From Pseudobacteriovorax sp. (GTDB lineage: Bacteria > Bdellovibrionota_B > Oligoflexia > Oligoflexales > Oligoflexaceae): a stretch of DNA of 36,125 bases. Of the stretch, positions 18,759 to 28,915 are shown in pieces. Numbering within the stretch: position 1 is the first letter of the stretch; each line of letters starts with the position of its first letter. The notes under the pieces were generated by a model, which saw only the letters and a program-made list of their open reading frames with translations, had not been told where the DNA came from and searched no databases. The position numbers were made by a program, and so were the translations under genes. The stretch spans positions 1 through 36,125 of the forward strand of contig JBNKNM010000037.1 of assembly GCA_050293845.1 (NCBI GenBank), in the 5' to 3' direction.

Positions 18759-21056
18759 ATGAAACAAATGGGGAAGTTTTCGCTAATTCTACTCGCTGTA
18801 CTGACTTCAGGTGTAATAGGCGGCGTTTCTTACTTAAATGAAAATACCTCCCGCCAAGGGCTCATTCAAGTACCAGGCTTAAAAGATTCGGTGAATGTTG
18901 CATTTGATAAATGGGGTATTCCTCATATTGAAGCCGGTTCCATAGCCGATGCTTTCTATTCCCTTGGTTATGTGCACGCTCAGGATAGAATACTGCAAAT
19001 GGAAATATTTCGCAGATTAGCCCAAGGGCGGCTATCAGAAATTATTGGTAACAAAACCGTCGAGCTAGATCGTTTTTTTCGCATATTAGGTATCAGTCGC
19101 TATAGCCAAAAAATAGCTGCTCAAACCGATCGAAATTCACAACATATAAAAGCTATTGAAGCTTATTTAGGCGGTGTCAATGCCTTTTTAGCTAGCGGCC
19201 GCATGCCCATAGAAAGCCACCTACTTCCTGAACTAGAGCCATTCACCCTTAAAGATGTTTATTCCATTGCTGGATATATGACCTATAGTTTTGACCGAGG
19301 TTTAAAAAACGATATTCTCAGGCTGAACCTTTCTCATCTGAGCCCTAGCCTACAAAAGGACTTATTTGGAGCAAAAATGACCGATCATCGAGAGGGACGC
19401 ACCAACAAAAATTATCTTCAACTTCCTAAAATTGTTGACGAATATATGGATAAAATCGGACGGCTTGAAGGTAGCAACAGTATTGTCATATCAGGAAGTA
19501 AAACCAATTCTGGGTATCCTATTCTGGCAAATGATACACATATCAAATTCTCTAACCCCTCTGTTTGGTATGAAGCCGCTTTAAAAGCTCCCGGCATGGA
19601 AGTATATGGCCATTTTCTACCGCTTATTGGACTCCCTTTAATTGGGCATAATACAGATTACGGCTGGGCTATTACCATCTTTCATAACGAAGATATTGAC
19701 CTCATACCTGAAACAGCAGGCAGCGAACCCCATACCATATTACGAGACGGTAAAAATATACCTCTAACAGCCCATAAAAACATTATCGAGCGCAAAGGCC
19801 ATCCGCCTCTGGAAATGACATTTTACGATAGTATTTTCGGTCCCGAAGTTGGTCCCTTATTCCACCAAAAGCAGCCCATTACTATGCGTTGGAGTTTTCT
19901 TCAGCAAAATAGTAACTCTCTAGAGGGATTTTATAATTTAATATTTGCCGACGATATTCATAAAGCTCAGCAAGCTGTTTATGAAATAGATTCTCCATCA
20001 CTTAATATTAGTTATGCCAACCGCAACGGTGATATTGGTTGGTGGACTACAGGAAAAATAAAAGCAGCCCATGACTCCTATGACAAATTCATTCCCAAGT
20101 CCCAACACCCCCAAAGTATTAACCCCAATAGGGGATATATTTTGTCAACTAACGATCAACCCACACCCGAGACTCTCGGGCATTTCGTCTATCCTCAGCG
20201 TAAAGAAAGGTTTGAACTCCTAGTTCAAAACAAAGAAAAAATGAGCCCCGAAGATATTATGGAGTTCCAACTTGATGATAAGATTGATTATCATTTTCCC
20301 ATAATTCAAGCATTAGAATCAGCGCTAGACGAGTCTCAGTCTCACCAGCACATCAATCATAGTATTAGCGCTCTTAACATTCTAAAAGGCTGGAAAGGCC
20401 ATCACCCCATAGATACAGTAGCACCTACAATCTTCTATCAATTTTGTTATGATTTGCTATATCTTGTCTTGCATGAACGTCTGGGAGAAGAATTTTTCCA
20501 AGATTATCTCAAAACAGAAAAAATCATCGACTTCCTGCTAAGGCTAATCAATCAACCCCATGGGGAGTGGTGGGATATCACGTCAACAAATCATCAGGAG
20601 AGCATGGATGAAACCATAGTTACAGCCTGGAGAACGTCATTGCTATACTTAGAATCCAGTTATGGTACAAATCCACAGGACTGGTATTGGGGTAAGGCTC
20701 ATAAGCTATTTATAAAACACACATTTTCAGAAGTACCTTTAATCGGCTCCTTATATACAATCGGTCCCGTTGCTATTCGTGGGGGTAAGGAATCCCTTAA
20801 TAATTTGAGTTTTCCTTTTAGTCCAGCACCATTTACCGCCACAGTCGGACCTGCCACTCGCATCATCATTGATTTCGACAATGCAATGAAATCACATGGG
20901 ATTATTCCTACAGGGCAGTCCGAAAGAGCGCTAGACCCTCACTTCAAAGATCAGCTAGACCTGTATATTCAAGGACAATACCGGCTTCAACTCCTACGTC
21001 TTGACGCTAATGAAAGCAAAACCTTGGTATTGACTCCCTCTAAAAAAGCTTCTTAG
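18759..21056 (+). CDS. Penicillin acylase family Ntn-hydrolase (possible AHL/lipopeptide acylase)
   Basis: DKWGIPHI, GYVHAQDR.LQM..RR.AQGRLSE, EG-SN (beta-chain Ser nucleophile), PILANDTH, PTGQS...HFKDQ. Start moved to ATG 18759 (AGGAG RBS); N-terminal TM anchor. Confidence 0.93.
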   Translation: MKQMGKFSLILLAVLTSGVIGGVSYLNENTSRQGLIQVPGLKDSVNVAFDKWGIPHIEAGSIADAFYSLGYVHAQDRILQMEIFRRLAQGRLSEIIGNKTVELDRFFRILGISRYSQKIAAQTDRNSQHIKAIEAYLGGVNAFLASGRMPIESHLLPELEPFTLKDVYSIAGYMTYSFDRGLKNDILRLNLSHLSPSLQKDLFGAKMTDHREGRTNKNYLQLPKIVDEYMDKIGRLEGSNSIVISGSKTNSGYPILANDTHIKFSNPSVWYEAALKAPGMEVYGHFLPLIGLPLIGHNTDYGWAITIFHNEDIDLIPETAGSEPHTILRDGKNIPLTAHKNIIERKGHPPLEMTFYDSIFGPEVGPLFHQKQPITMRWSFLQQNSNSLEGFYNLIFADDIHKAQQAVYEIDSPSLNISYANRNGDIGWWTTGKIKAAHDSYDKFIPKSQHPQSINPNRGYILSTNDQPTPETLGHFVYPQRKERFELLVQNKEKMSPEDIMEFQLDDKIDYHFPIIQALESALDESQSHQHINHSISALNILKGWKGHHPIDTVAPTIFYQFCYDLLYLVLHERLGEEFFQDYLKTEKIIDFLLRLINQPHGEWWDITSTNHQESMDETIVTAWRTSLLYLESSYGTNPQDWYWGKAHKLFIKHTFSEVPLIGSLYTIGPVAIRGGKESLNNLSFPFSPAPFTATVGPATRIIIDFDNAMKSHGIIPTGQSERALDPHFKDQLDLYIQGQYRLQLLRLDANESKTLVLTPSKKAS

Positions 21057-21074
21057 GAAAATCTAACCTGGGTC

Positions 21075-21097
21075 GAACACCCATCTTCAGGGTGTTC
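21075..21097 (+). terminator. Possible terminator hairpin
   Basis: GAACACCC-N7-GGGTGTTC just after the acylase stop. Confidence 0.5.
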
Positions 21098-21149
21098 CAT
21101 AATTCCCATCATAAACAATATACTTTTGCACCGTGATTAACTAATTAGC

Positions 21150-21440
21150 TTGAGCGAATTGACTTCGGAGAGAGCAACTTGTAGGAAATTAATAGGGGCT
21201 TTTTTGCGGGATCTGAGTCATTCATTAGAAATAGGTGATAATTTCGCATCCGTTTTTTTGGGAAGAGATATGGAAGTTTATGCTACAGCAAATAAAATAA
21301 CACATAAAGCAGAGGACGAGATGTTAGCCATCGATCCTAAAGACGAATTTGCAGCACTTAGCCAATACCTCAAACAAGTTGAAAATAGCCAAGAAGAATA
21401 CAGCAGCTTTATACCTAGCGGCACTCTTCCTTTTTCTTAA
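21150..21440 (+). CDS. Small hypothetical protein
   Basis: 96-aa TTG-start ORF filling an intergenic gap, stop overlapping the convergent gene; no clear RBS. Confidence 0.45.
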   Translation: MSELTSERATCRKLIGAFLRDLSHSLEIGDNFASVFLGRDMEVYATANKITHKAEDEMLAIDPKDEFAALSQYLKQVENSQEEYSSFIPSGTLPFS

Positions 21441-22786
21441 TAACGTTCGAATATTCCAACAAACAATGATCTTGCATCGTAGGTACCTGTTCCATCGCCT
21501 GAGGGACAGCTACCTCCTTGATTTGACTCACAAACAATGATTGCAAAAGCCTTACGATCAAAACTAGGAATCATAAAAGCAGTATACCCTTTCCCAGCAA
21601 TAGAGACAGTTCCTGTCATGAAACCTAAAGCTTGCGCTGTGATACCTGTCGTAAAGCTAAGCTCCGCCCCGGTCACCTCTTCTTGCCGTAATGCTCCTGT
21701 AAGTGAAACTTTTGAATCGACATAACTCAATTCTAGCTGATCTCCCAAGTAAGCGATGTCTAACTTGGACCCTAACCCGGCCACAGTACTAGTAGCGCTC
21801 AAGCCTTTATAGTTTCCTACAAGACTCGCTGGATCTATGGCCTCAGTAGGCAAGGAATCCCATTTACTTCTTTGCATAACGCGAGTTGTCAGTTGCTGCT
21901 CAATGGGACTCGTTTTAAAGTCAACCCATATACCGTAATCAAAATCTTCATTGAAGAGCGCTAGCCCCACCTGGACTTCACTAGAAGCATCAAAAATATT
22001 TGGATATTCAGCAGATACCAGAGCATTAAAGTCAAAAGAAGGTGGTGGAGTTATCGTTTCTCCGTTGGCTTTCGCACTAATTATGGCACCTTTGTTGTTA
22101 AAAAGGAAAAAACTATGATCAGGTCCGTCGGCAATAGGTTCTTTAAACTGAGAGTAAAGGTCGAATTCAATTCCATACCAAGGTCCAGCACCCGGGCTAA
22201 CATAGTCTAAGTTACTATTGAAGTTATTCTCTATGGCGACCACTTGAAATCGACCAAAACTAGGGCTATTTATGGTTACTGATTGTCCCCCATCCGCAAG
22301 ATATGCGGCTCCTAGAGCCCCAAGTCTCCAAATGCCTTGTTCATCAATACCCTTATAGAGGACCATAAGATTTTTTTCAGTTTCCGGAATATCTCCTTTT
22401 GGAAGAGTGATGGACACATCACCTACTAATGCAACTTTTTTATCAGGCCGCAATTCAATGGTTGGACCAGCATATTTAACTGTAAAATCTTCATCGACAT
22501 CTAAGGTTGTCTGAATATATTCGTCAGCTAGAGCTGTACCTGGTTGCAACCATAAATCCACTGATTCGGGGAGAACACCGGCCGGTACTTTTACATAGGT
22601 ACCGTTGGTAGTGCCTGAGCTTGAACCAAACTCCTGTGCTACCTCGGCAGTTAACAGAACCTTAAGACGACCTTCTTCTTGTTCCAGGACCGCTGCAGAA
22701 CTTGATTGATTACTATCTTTTTTATCACAATTGGTTAGTAAAATGCTACTGCAGAATACCACCAGTGGAATTCCCACTCTAAGCAT
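21437..22786 (-). CDS. Hypothetical lipoprotein with N-terminal ZU5-like beta domain
   Basis: AGGAG RBS; lipobox LTN-C; GTYVKVPAGVL...VSITLP...SFGRFQV resembles ZU5-like modules. Confidence 0.75.
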   Translation of the reverse strand: MLRVGIPLVVFCSSILLTNCDKKDSNQSSSAAVLEQEEGRLKVLLTAEVAQEFGSSSGTTNGTYVKVPAGVLPESVDLWLQPGTALADEYIQTTLDVDEDFTVKYAGPTIELRPDKKVALVGDVSITLPKGDIPETEKNLMVLYKGIDEQGIWRLGALGAAYLADGGQSVTINSPSFGRFQVVAIENNFNSNLDYVSPGAGPWYGIEFDLYSQFKEPIADGPDHSFFLFNNKGAIISAKANGETITPPPSFDFNALVSAEYPNIFDASSEVQVGLALFNEDFDYGIWVDFKTSPIEQQLTTRVMQRSKWDSLPTEAIDPASLVGNYKGLSATSTVAGLGSKLDIAYLGDQLELSYVDSKVSLTGALRQEEVTGAELSFTTGITAQALGFMTGTVSIAGKGYTAFMIPSFDRKAFAIIVCESNQGGSCPSGDGTGTYDARSLFVGIFERY

Positions 22787-22832
22787 ATAGCCATTTCTCC
22801 TTAGTCGATTAGATGATATCGTATCGGAAGAT

Positions 22833-23789
22833 CTAGCATTTCTTTAAGAGATAGAGATCCTCGACAGTATAAGGCAAGTTTCCTGTATAGATGGGTTGCG
22901 CATGATTCCTATCAGATGCGATAAATTTACAGTCTGTGAGATACTGCCGAATCGCATTTTGGGGATGGGAAATTTTAAATAGCATGAGTATCTTTGCGAT
23001 GTAATTACCCAGCTGGTCTGCATATTTATAGCGATGATTGATACGTAGCTGCAAGCAACCTTCTAAAATTCTTAAAATTCCTTGTTGTAAGGGACTGCAA
23101 TCAATTTTAAGTCGGTAAATTAATTTTCCCATGGCCCGGTATATCTCTGCAGCATGATCTTTAGACCGCCCTAATAAGATTGCTTTTTCACCATTGATCA
23201 TTTCTATTATGTGAAGTCCAACGATATATAAATCAGAATATGGTCCAATATTTTGATCGGTGACATGTTCCGGAGAATAATATCCAGGGGTACCCACAAG
23301 TTCATTTTTAAATCGGTCTGTAGGTAAATCGCTAACTAGGCCATAGTCAGAAATTACCACCTGTCCATCCTTATTAATCAGAATATTACCAGAAGATAAA
23401 TCCGCATGAATCATGTCATGCAGGTGCAAATAATCCAAGCCTTTAATGATTTCATAGGCAATACAGAGCACAACCAGAGGTGGTATACGACCACATTTCT
23501 GCAATAATTCCTTCAAAGACCAGCCATCAACAAATTCTGTCACATAAAAAATATTTGGGGGTTCAACATTGAAGTCAATCATCTTCAGCAAATTTGGGTG
23601 ATTAACCTTTGCAGCTATCATCATCTCATGATGCAGGATTCCCACAAATTTGGGATCTGACTCAAGATGGGAATGAAGCTTCTTCACAGCAACCATGGCA
23701 TTGTCTGAAATTCGGGATGCTTTAAAGACCTCTCCCAGACCACCCTCACCGATCTTTTCCTGCAGCATGTAGGAGCCAAATTGCATCAT
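22833..23789 (-). CDS. Hanks-type Ser/Thr protein kinase (kinase domain only)
   Basis: IGEGGLGEVF, VAVKK, HPNL, HADLSSGNIL, SDYG, GTPGYYSPE, SDLY. Likely start at ATG 23789. Confidence 0.93.
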   Translation of the reverse strand: MMQFGSYMLQEKIGEGGLGEVFKASRISDNAMVAVKKLHSHLESDPKFVGILHHEMMIAAKVNHPNLLKMIDFNVEPPNIFYVTEFVDGWSLKELLQKCGRIPPLVVLCIAYEIIKGLDYLHLHDMIHADLSSGNILINKDGQVVISDYGLVSDLPTDRFKNELVGTPGYYSPEHVTDQNIGPYSDLYIVGLHIIEMINGEKAILLGRSKDHAAEIYRAMGKLIYRLKIDCSPLQQGILRILEGCLQLRINHRYKYADQLGNYIAKILMLFKISHPQNAIRQYLTDCKFIASDRNHAQPIYTGNLPYTVEDLYLLKKC

Positions 23790-24091
23790 GCTTCCAATCT
23801 CAATTTGAAAAATACTTCTTTTCAGATCGGAAATTTCACCCATAAAATACAATACTTTAATTTAGATACAAAATATTAATAAGTTAGATGACACTATTAA
23901 TTGGAGTCATACTTTATAAAGGCATTGATTTCTTACCGTTTTGCATTCAAGACTTTTAGGGAAGCTTTCCTATCCGAATTTTTATAACTTTTTAGAATAC
24001 GCTTTAAATATAAAATCAAGATAATTCCACGACTTATTTTCTTCCTTTAGAAAATTCAAAAAAATTCCGAATACACTTAAAGGAGGCCACA

Positions 24092-24931
24092 GTGAAGCAA
24101 GCACCTATCATTTTTAACTACAACAACTATAGGATGTTTCTTGCTGACTATTATCATTTTAAGAAAAAAAGTAGTAGTTCGTTTAGTTATCGTCAGTTTT
24201 CCAAAAAGTGTGGCTTTAAGTCCCCCAATTTTCTCAAGTTAGTTATTGACGGACAAAGAAATCTCAGCATCGATTCCATTGAAAAATTTGTCATCACCCT
24301 GAAATTACAAACCAATGAGGCCGAATTCTTTAGAACTTTAGTTCAATTTAACCAAGAAAAACGAGATTCAGAAAAGCAGGTGTTATTTAAAAAGCTGCAA
24401 TCCTTAGCCCCCTATCAAAATAAACGTAATATCGATGTGGCATCCTTTGAGTACCTTAGTCACTGGCTATACCCTGTCCTCAGGGAAATGGTGCTACTTC
24501 CTGATTTTCGTGATGACCCCTATTGGATTGCGAGACGTCTGTCAGGTCGTACCAGTTGCAAGGAAATTCAACATTGCCTACAATTCCTTATCCGTCATGG
24601 CTTCATCATAAAAAACCAACAAGGTCAGTACGAATGTGCTGAACGTATTGTCACCAGCTCAGATGAAGTAAAAAGCTTGGCTATTCGTGAATACCATCGT
24701 AAAGCCCTACGTCAGGGATGTGAGATGATAGAAGATTTAGATCTGCTGGAAAGAGAATTTGGTGCTCTCATATTCTCTTTACCTACAGAAAAAATTGAAG
24801 AACTAAAAAAGAGACTGAAAAATTTTCGCCACGAAATTCATCAGTGGGCCATTGAACAAGAATCCAAAGATGATCTTCAGGTAGTACAGTTTAATCTCCA
24901 AATGTTTCCCCAAACAAAGAGGGCCAAGTAG
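24092..24931 (+). CDS. TIGR02147 / DUF4423 family HTH protein
   Basis: YRMFLADYY...FSYRQFS...GFKSPNFLKLVIDGQRNLS; WLYPVLREM; REF; QFNLQMFP. AGGAGG RBS before GTG. Confidence 0.93.
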   Translation: MKQAPIIFNYNNYRMFLADYYHFKKKSSSSFSYRQFSKKCGFKSPNFLKLVIDGQRNLSIDSIEKFVITLKLQTNEAEFFRTLVQFNQEKRDSEKQVLFKKLQSLAPYQNKRNIDVASFEYLSHWLYPVLREMVLLPDFRDDPYWIARRLSGRTSCKEIQHCLQFLIRHGFIIKNQQGQYECAERIVTSSDEVKSLAIREYHRKALRQGCEMIEDLDLLEREFGALIFSLPTEKIEELKKRLKNFRHEIHQWAIEQESKDDLQVVQFNLQMFPQTKRAK

Positions 24932-25498
24932 TTGAAAGTACACTTTAAAATTGCTGCCGTTTTGTTAGGGTGGACGCTCTGTAGCTGTGGGACTGAAGTG
25001 GGCAATGGCCTTGTAGGAAAACCGTCAAAATCTTCTAAAGGTGCTGCAACCCCCACAAGCGAAAGTGGTCCAGATGCTGAAGAAGATTCAGCTGGCGATA
25101 ATGAAATTCCTCAGCTAGAGTCTTTTGATTATATTCTCGTCAACATCTGTGCCTCTCCAGCGGTTGCCGGAGCGCTGGGAAATTTTAAATCGAGCGATAA
25201 TCAATATGAGTTTATCATATCCGAAAGTCAAGAAATCCTAAGCTACAACATCAATGGTCAGCTTTATCATCAAGAAGAAAATGAGGAAACTGTAGATGAA
25301 CCTAACGATGCTGTAGCATTAAATTATACAGCCTTTGACTTTAGCTGTACGCTTCTCAATACAAATTTGCCGGATACGACAAGCTATTCTCTGAAATCAG
25401 ATGCCGACGTTCATACTATATCTTGGAAAGAGTCTACTGATAAATTGACTATAGACTCCATTATTATTGATGATATTGAATTTCTTCTACAGAATTAG
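24932..25498 (+). CDS. Hypothetical acidic lipoprotein
   Basis: TTG immediately follows the TIGR02147 stop; lipobox LCS-C followed by GTEVGNG. Confidence 0.8.
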   Translation: MKVHFKIAAVLLGWTLCSCGTEVGNGLVGKPSKSSKGAATPTSESGPDAEEDSAGDNEIPQLESFDYILVNICASPAVAGALGNFKSSDNQYEFIISESQEILSYNINGQLYHQEENEETVDEPNDAVALNYTAFDFSCTLLNTNLPDTTSYSLKSDADVHTISWKESTDKLTIDSIIIDDIEFLLQN

Positions 25499-26754
25499 TT
25501 CAAATCGAGTATAGGTTGCCGGGGGATCACTGTTAAGATTTCCCAACTGTTGAAGTTAGGACGTTCAAATACCGCACCATCAAATGCCGGAGCTTTACAA
25601 CGGCCATAGGTAGAGCCGATTTTTCCGGGAAAGAATCGATTGGCAAAAGCACCTCGACAAAGAAACAGGGGAACTTCTCCTTCATCTCCTCCCAAGATAG
25701 CCGTCGGTGGAGGCGCTTGAATCACTGCAGCATTAAAATCAAATCTAATCCAAGAAAAGTACTGATCAAAGTCTTTCCTTGTGCTGACCAGAACCTCATA
25801 ATTCTCCTGAGTTTGTACTGTCGCACCAAACTCTCCTGGTCCAAGGGAACGGCATGTGCCTTGTCCGGCATTATCTTCAAAAATCAATTGTCCAGGAACT
25901 ATATCTCCAGTTGCAAAATCAGCACGGCATATAAATAGGGGAGTATTAGAGCCATTGACACCAATTTCTGCACCCGCTTTTATGAGACCTTCATAAGCTT
26001 CCTGTGATTGGCCTGAGACCACCCACTTATATGGTGTACCAAAAGTTTCAAGGGCTTCCAGTAATGGAATGGAATAATTATTGAGTTCATCAGCTGTATA
26101 GATATAGTAAAAATAACTCAAACCTGCTACCAAATTATCATCAATAAAAAAGTTGTCACTTCCTGCATATACTAGAGACAGTGGCCCTATAATGTCTCCC
26201 AATACGTACTGATGACCATCTACTAGTAATGGTAACTCTACTTTTTCAGGTGAACGAAAAATAAAATATTGTAAATCATCAGCACGTTGCCAGGAAAGTT
26301 TAAACTGAGAAACTCCTTCTCTCGATACGATACTATCCAGTGGCTTAGGTCCAACAGTTTTTTTTACCCAATTTGCTGTTGATGCGTTTTTAAAACCCTG
26401 CCAGTTTCCTGATTTAGACTTTGCTACAAGACAAAATAAAATCTCACCATCTTTTAGTGTACGCAAGTCAAGGATAATCGATTGTTGTATGACCTGTTCA
26501 TCACCATATCCTATCTCTTCTATACAGGAGTCAGCTGGATTATCAGTTAATTTATAGCGAAATGATTCTATATTGATGCCAGTTAATTCAATTTCTAGAC
26601 TAACTTCCCTGGAGTAGTCTTTGGGAAGGCCTTTGATTACGACGGAAGGGATTCCTTCAAGATATCCACTACCTTGCTCAGCAACTTGATCGCGAGTTTT
26701 GCGACAACCTGCCGAAGCTGCTAGTATGATCAGAATAGAAACTAAGCACTGCAT
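25495..26754 (-). CDS. Lipoprotein: Ig-like + FN3-like domain + two DM9 (DUF3421) repeats
   Basis: Lipobox SAG-C; FN3-like LSWQ...FFIDDNLVAGLSYFY; DM9 repeats W...AG.E...LFICRA...IVPG...C...YEVL and W...GGDE..LFLCRG...PGKI...C...WEIL. Confidence 0.8.
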   Translation of the reverse strand: MQCLVSILIILAASAGCRKTRDQVAEQGSGYLEGIPSVVIKGLPKDYSREVSLEIELTGINIESFRYKLTDNPADSCIEEIGYGDEQVIQQSIILDLRTLKDGEILFCLVAKSKSGNWQGFKNASTANWVKKTVGPKPLDSIVSREGVSQFKLSWQRADDLQYFIFRSPEKVELPLLVDGHQYVLGDIIGPLSLVYAGSDNFFIDDNLVAGLSYFYYIYTADELNNYSIPLLEALETFGTPYKWVVSGQSQEAYEGLIKAGAEIGVNGSNTPLFICRADFATGDIVPGQLIFEDNAGQGTCRSLGPGEFGATVQTQENYEVLVSTRKDFDQYFSWIRFDFNAAVIQAPPPTAILGGDEGEVPLFLCRGAFANRFFPGKIGSTYGRCKAPAFDGAVFERPNFNSWEILTVIPRQPILDLN

Positions 26755-26787
26755 TTATATTCCACCTATCCTATATAAGGCGGGACA

Positions 26788-26803
26788 TGCAAATACAATT
26801 CCA
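26788..26803 (-). promoter_or_regulatory. Putative sigma54 promoter
   Basis: Minus strand TGGAATTGTATTTGCA = GG-N10-GC, about 35 bp upstream of ATG 26754. Confidence 0.45.
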
Positions 26804-26827
26804 TTTGCAGCAAATAACTAGAACGAA

Positions 26828-28915
26828 CTAGTCGTAAGTCACTAATCGATTCATCACAGGGGGATATATCATCACCACTATTTTATCTTCAGGATTCAAC
26901 ATTTCTTTAGCTATGATTAGCTTTCCTTCTTCACGAATAAAATTTTCTACTTCGTGTCCGTTTATAAATACCCTCCAAAGATCTTCCTGCTGAGGTTCCT
27001 CATAAACTGAAAATATATTCGTAAAACCCTCAACATAAGCGTAGTCTACCATCAGCCCCTTAGCCAAAGACTGACGGCAATACACATGCAATCGATTCTG
27101 CTGTAGTTCCACACCTTCGTTACAATCTAAACCATCAATAGTTTTAGCTGTAATCGTCGCTGGTATGGTTGTTTCTGGAATCAAAAATTGGAAATAATAA
27201 TCATCCTCCATAGCTTCTAAAAAAATTCGCACCAACAGCTCTCGCCCACTCCAAACTTCACTTAGATCAAATATGATTTGATTACCATCAATACTAGCAG
27301 CAACTTCGAGATCGGGATTTTTAGGATCGAGAATGATAATATCCTCAACATTGCGCTCATAAGTAGTTGGGATTTGATAAACGGTTTGCTTTGCATCAGG
27401 CTCTTGGTAGACCAACTCAATTTTCGCCCCATCTGGAGGTGGTTTATGAAAAGATAAGATACCTTGAGAAGAATCAACGGAGTAGTCATCTTGCAAAATC
27501 TTACGCGAGCCTACAAAAACTTCGGTAATTTCAGCTAATTCAGGCCAATTGAGAGAAAAGTTTCGTGGCAATTCCTCATCTATACGGTACTGAACTTCAA
27601 TTTTAGAATTACGTTGCGGGGGTGAATAGAACTTGAGTGACCTCCCTTCAATAAGTTGAAAGTCAGATGGTTTTACCTTTTCACCATTGAGGTATACAAG
27701 CAAAGTTGATTGATCAGCATTTTCCATAAGATCAAAGTAAGCTTTTATGTCATCCCCCCCATATTTGTATTGAGCAGTAATAGTTTTTGCCATTTTCCCA
27801 GGGTCAATGGTAAGTTCCAAGGTGGTGCCGATAAGAATAAAACCTTCAGAAATTTGCTTACCATCTATACGAACCACAAGGCTTCCTGGGTTAGGAGGGA
27901 AAGTAAGTTTAAACCTCCGCTTAACGAACTGACTTACATGACGAGAGATTTCTCCAAGGACCTTAGAATAGTCAGTATGGCAAATTTCAGCAGCTATGCC
28001 CCCTGATAACCGCACAAGCTTTTCATATTCGAAGGGATACTGATCATCATAATAGCCCGAATCAGGGCAGTCTAAATTATTTTCGAATAGTAAGAGTCCA
28101 TAAACCTTAGTACTTGCCGGAATGCGGTCTAAAAAATATTCAGCCTTAGCATACTCTTCTCCTTCGCATCCCTCATTAGAAGCGCTACCACAATTTTTTT
28201 CATCACTTATGATTAAGACCGCTTTCTGAGAATTTTTGCGGGTCCAAGCGAAGCGACTATCACCACAGTCTCCTGTCAGGGCTTCGGTTGCCATAAGAAT
28301 TCCTCTTTCCAAGTTATTGCCGGTATTTCCCGCATTAATCAATTGTTCAAAACGATTTTGGGTTAGCAAAGGAAATTGATCATAATCATAACGAGTTAAT
28401 ATTTTTGCATTATCGTCTGTAGTTCTCAAGCAGGAGCTGGAGGTGGTGGCTACTGCAATGCGCCAATTACTATTGGATATCTGCCCTAGCAAATCTGTAA
28501 ATCTATCTTTAATCTCTTCTTGAAAGACCATCATACTTTGTGAGTCATCAATAATGATCAATAGGTCAAGATAGCCCGATTCGACAATGGGATGAGAATC
28601 CGTATAGCTTCGCGTCACACCACCCTGAACAAAATCTTCAGTATAGAGTGCTCTTTCAATTTGTTTTATCGATATGGAAATAGGAGGTTTCTCTACTAGC
28701 TTTAAGGTGTGATTAAGGCTGAGATCTCGAGGATCATACCTCACCGTTTCCGAAAACACACCGCCTGCAGTAAAAGTTTTCCTTAAGATCTTACTTTGGT
28801 CATAGGAAGCTTTCTTTATACTTGCTGAAGGAAACTCTGTTTTTTCTGCACAACTCTGTAATATTAAGGAGAGTAATACCCATAATGCAACACTGTTATA
28901 GATCCCCCACATCAT
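26828..28915 (-). CDS. VWA-domain surface lipoprotein with C-terminal beta-sandwich repeats
   Basis: Lipobox LQS-C; DLLIIIDDSQSM (MIDAS DxSxS), IAVATT, LERG, VLIISDE; several ~60-aa repeats ending F..PP..(G/S)KIE..Y. Confidence 0.85.
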   Translation of the reverse strand: MMWGIYNSVALWVLLSLILQSCAEKTEFPSASIKKASYDQSKILRKTFTAGGVFSETVRYDPRDLSLNHTLKLVEKPPISISIKQIERALYTEDFVQGGVTRSYTDSHPIVESGYLDLLIIIDDSQSMMVFQEEIKDRFTDLLGQISNSNWRIAVATTSSSCLRTTDDNAKILTRYDYDQFPLLTQNRFEQLINAGNTGNNLERGILMATEALTGDCGDSRFAWTRKNSQKAVLIISDEKNCGSASNEGCEGEEYAKAEYFLDRIPASTKVYGLLLFENNLDCPDSGYYDDQYPFEYEKLVRLSGGIAAEICHTDYSKVLGEISRHVSQFVKRRFKLTFPPNPGSLVVRIDGKQISEGFILIGTTLELTIDPGKMAKTITAQYKYGGDDIKAYFDLMENADQSTLLVYLNGEKVKPSDFQLIEGRSLKFYSPPQRNSKIEVQYRIDEELPRNFSLNWPELAEITEVFVGSRKILQDDYSVDSSQGILSFHKPPPDGAKIELVYQEPDAKQTVYQIPTTYERNVEDIIILDPKNPDLEVAASIDGNQIIFDLSEVWSGRELLVRIFLEAMEDDYYFQFLIPETTIPATITAKTIDGLDCNEGVELQQNRLHVYCRQSLAKGLMVDYAYVEGFTNIFSVYEEPQQEDLWRVFINGHEVENFIREEGKLIIAKEMLNPEDKIVVMIYPPVMNRLVTYD

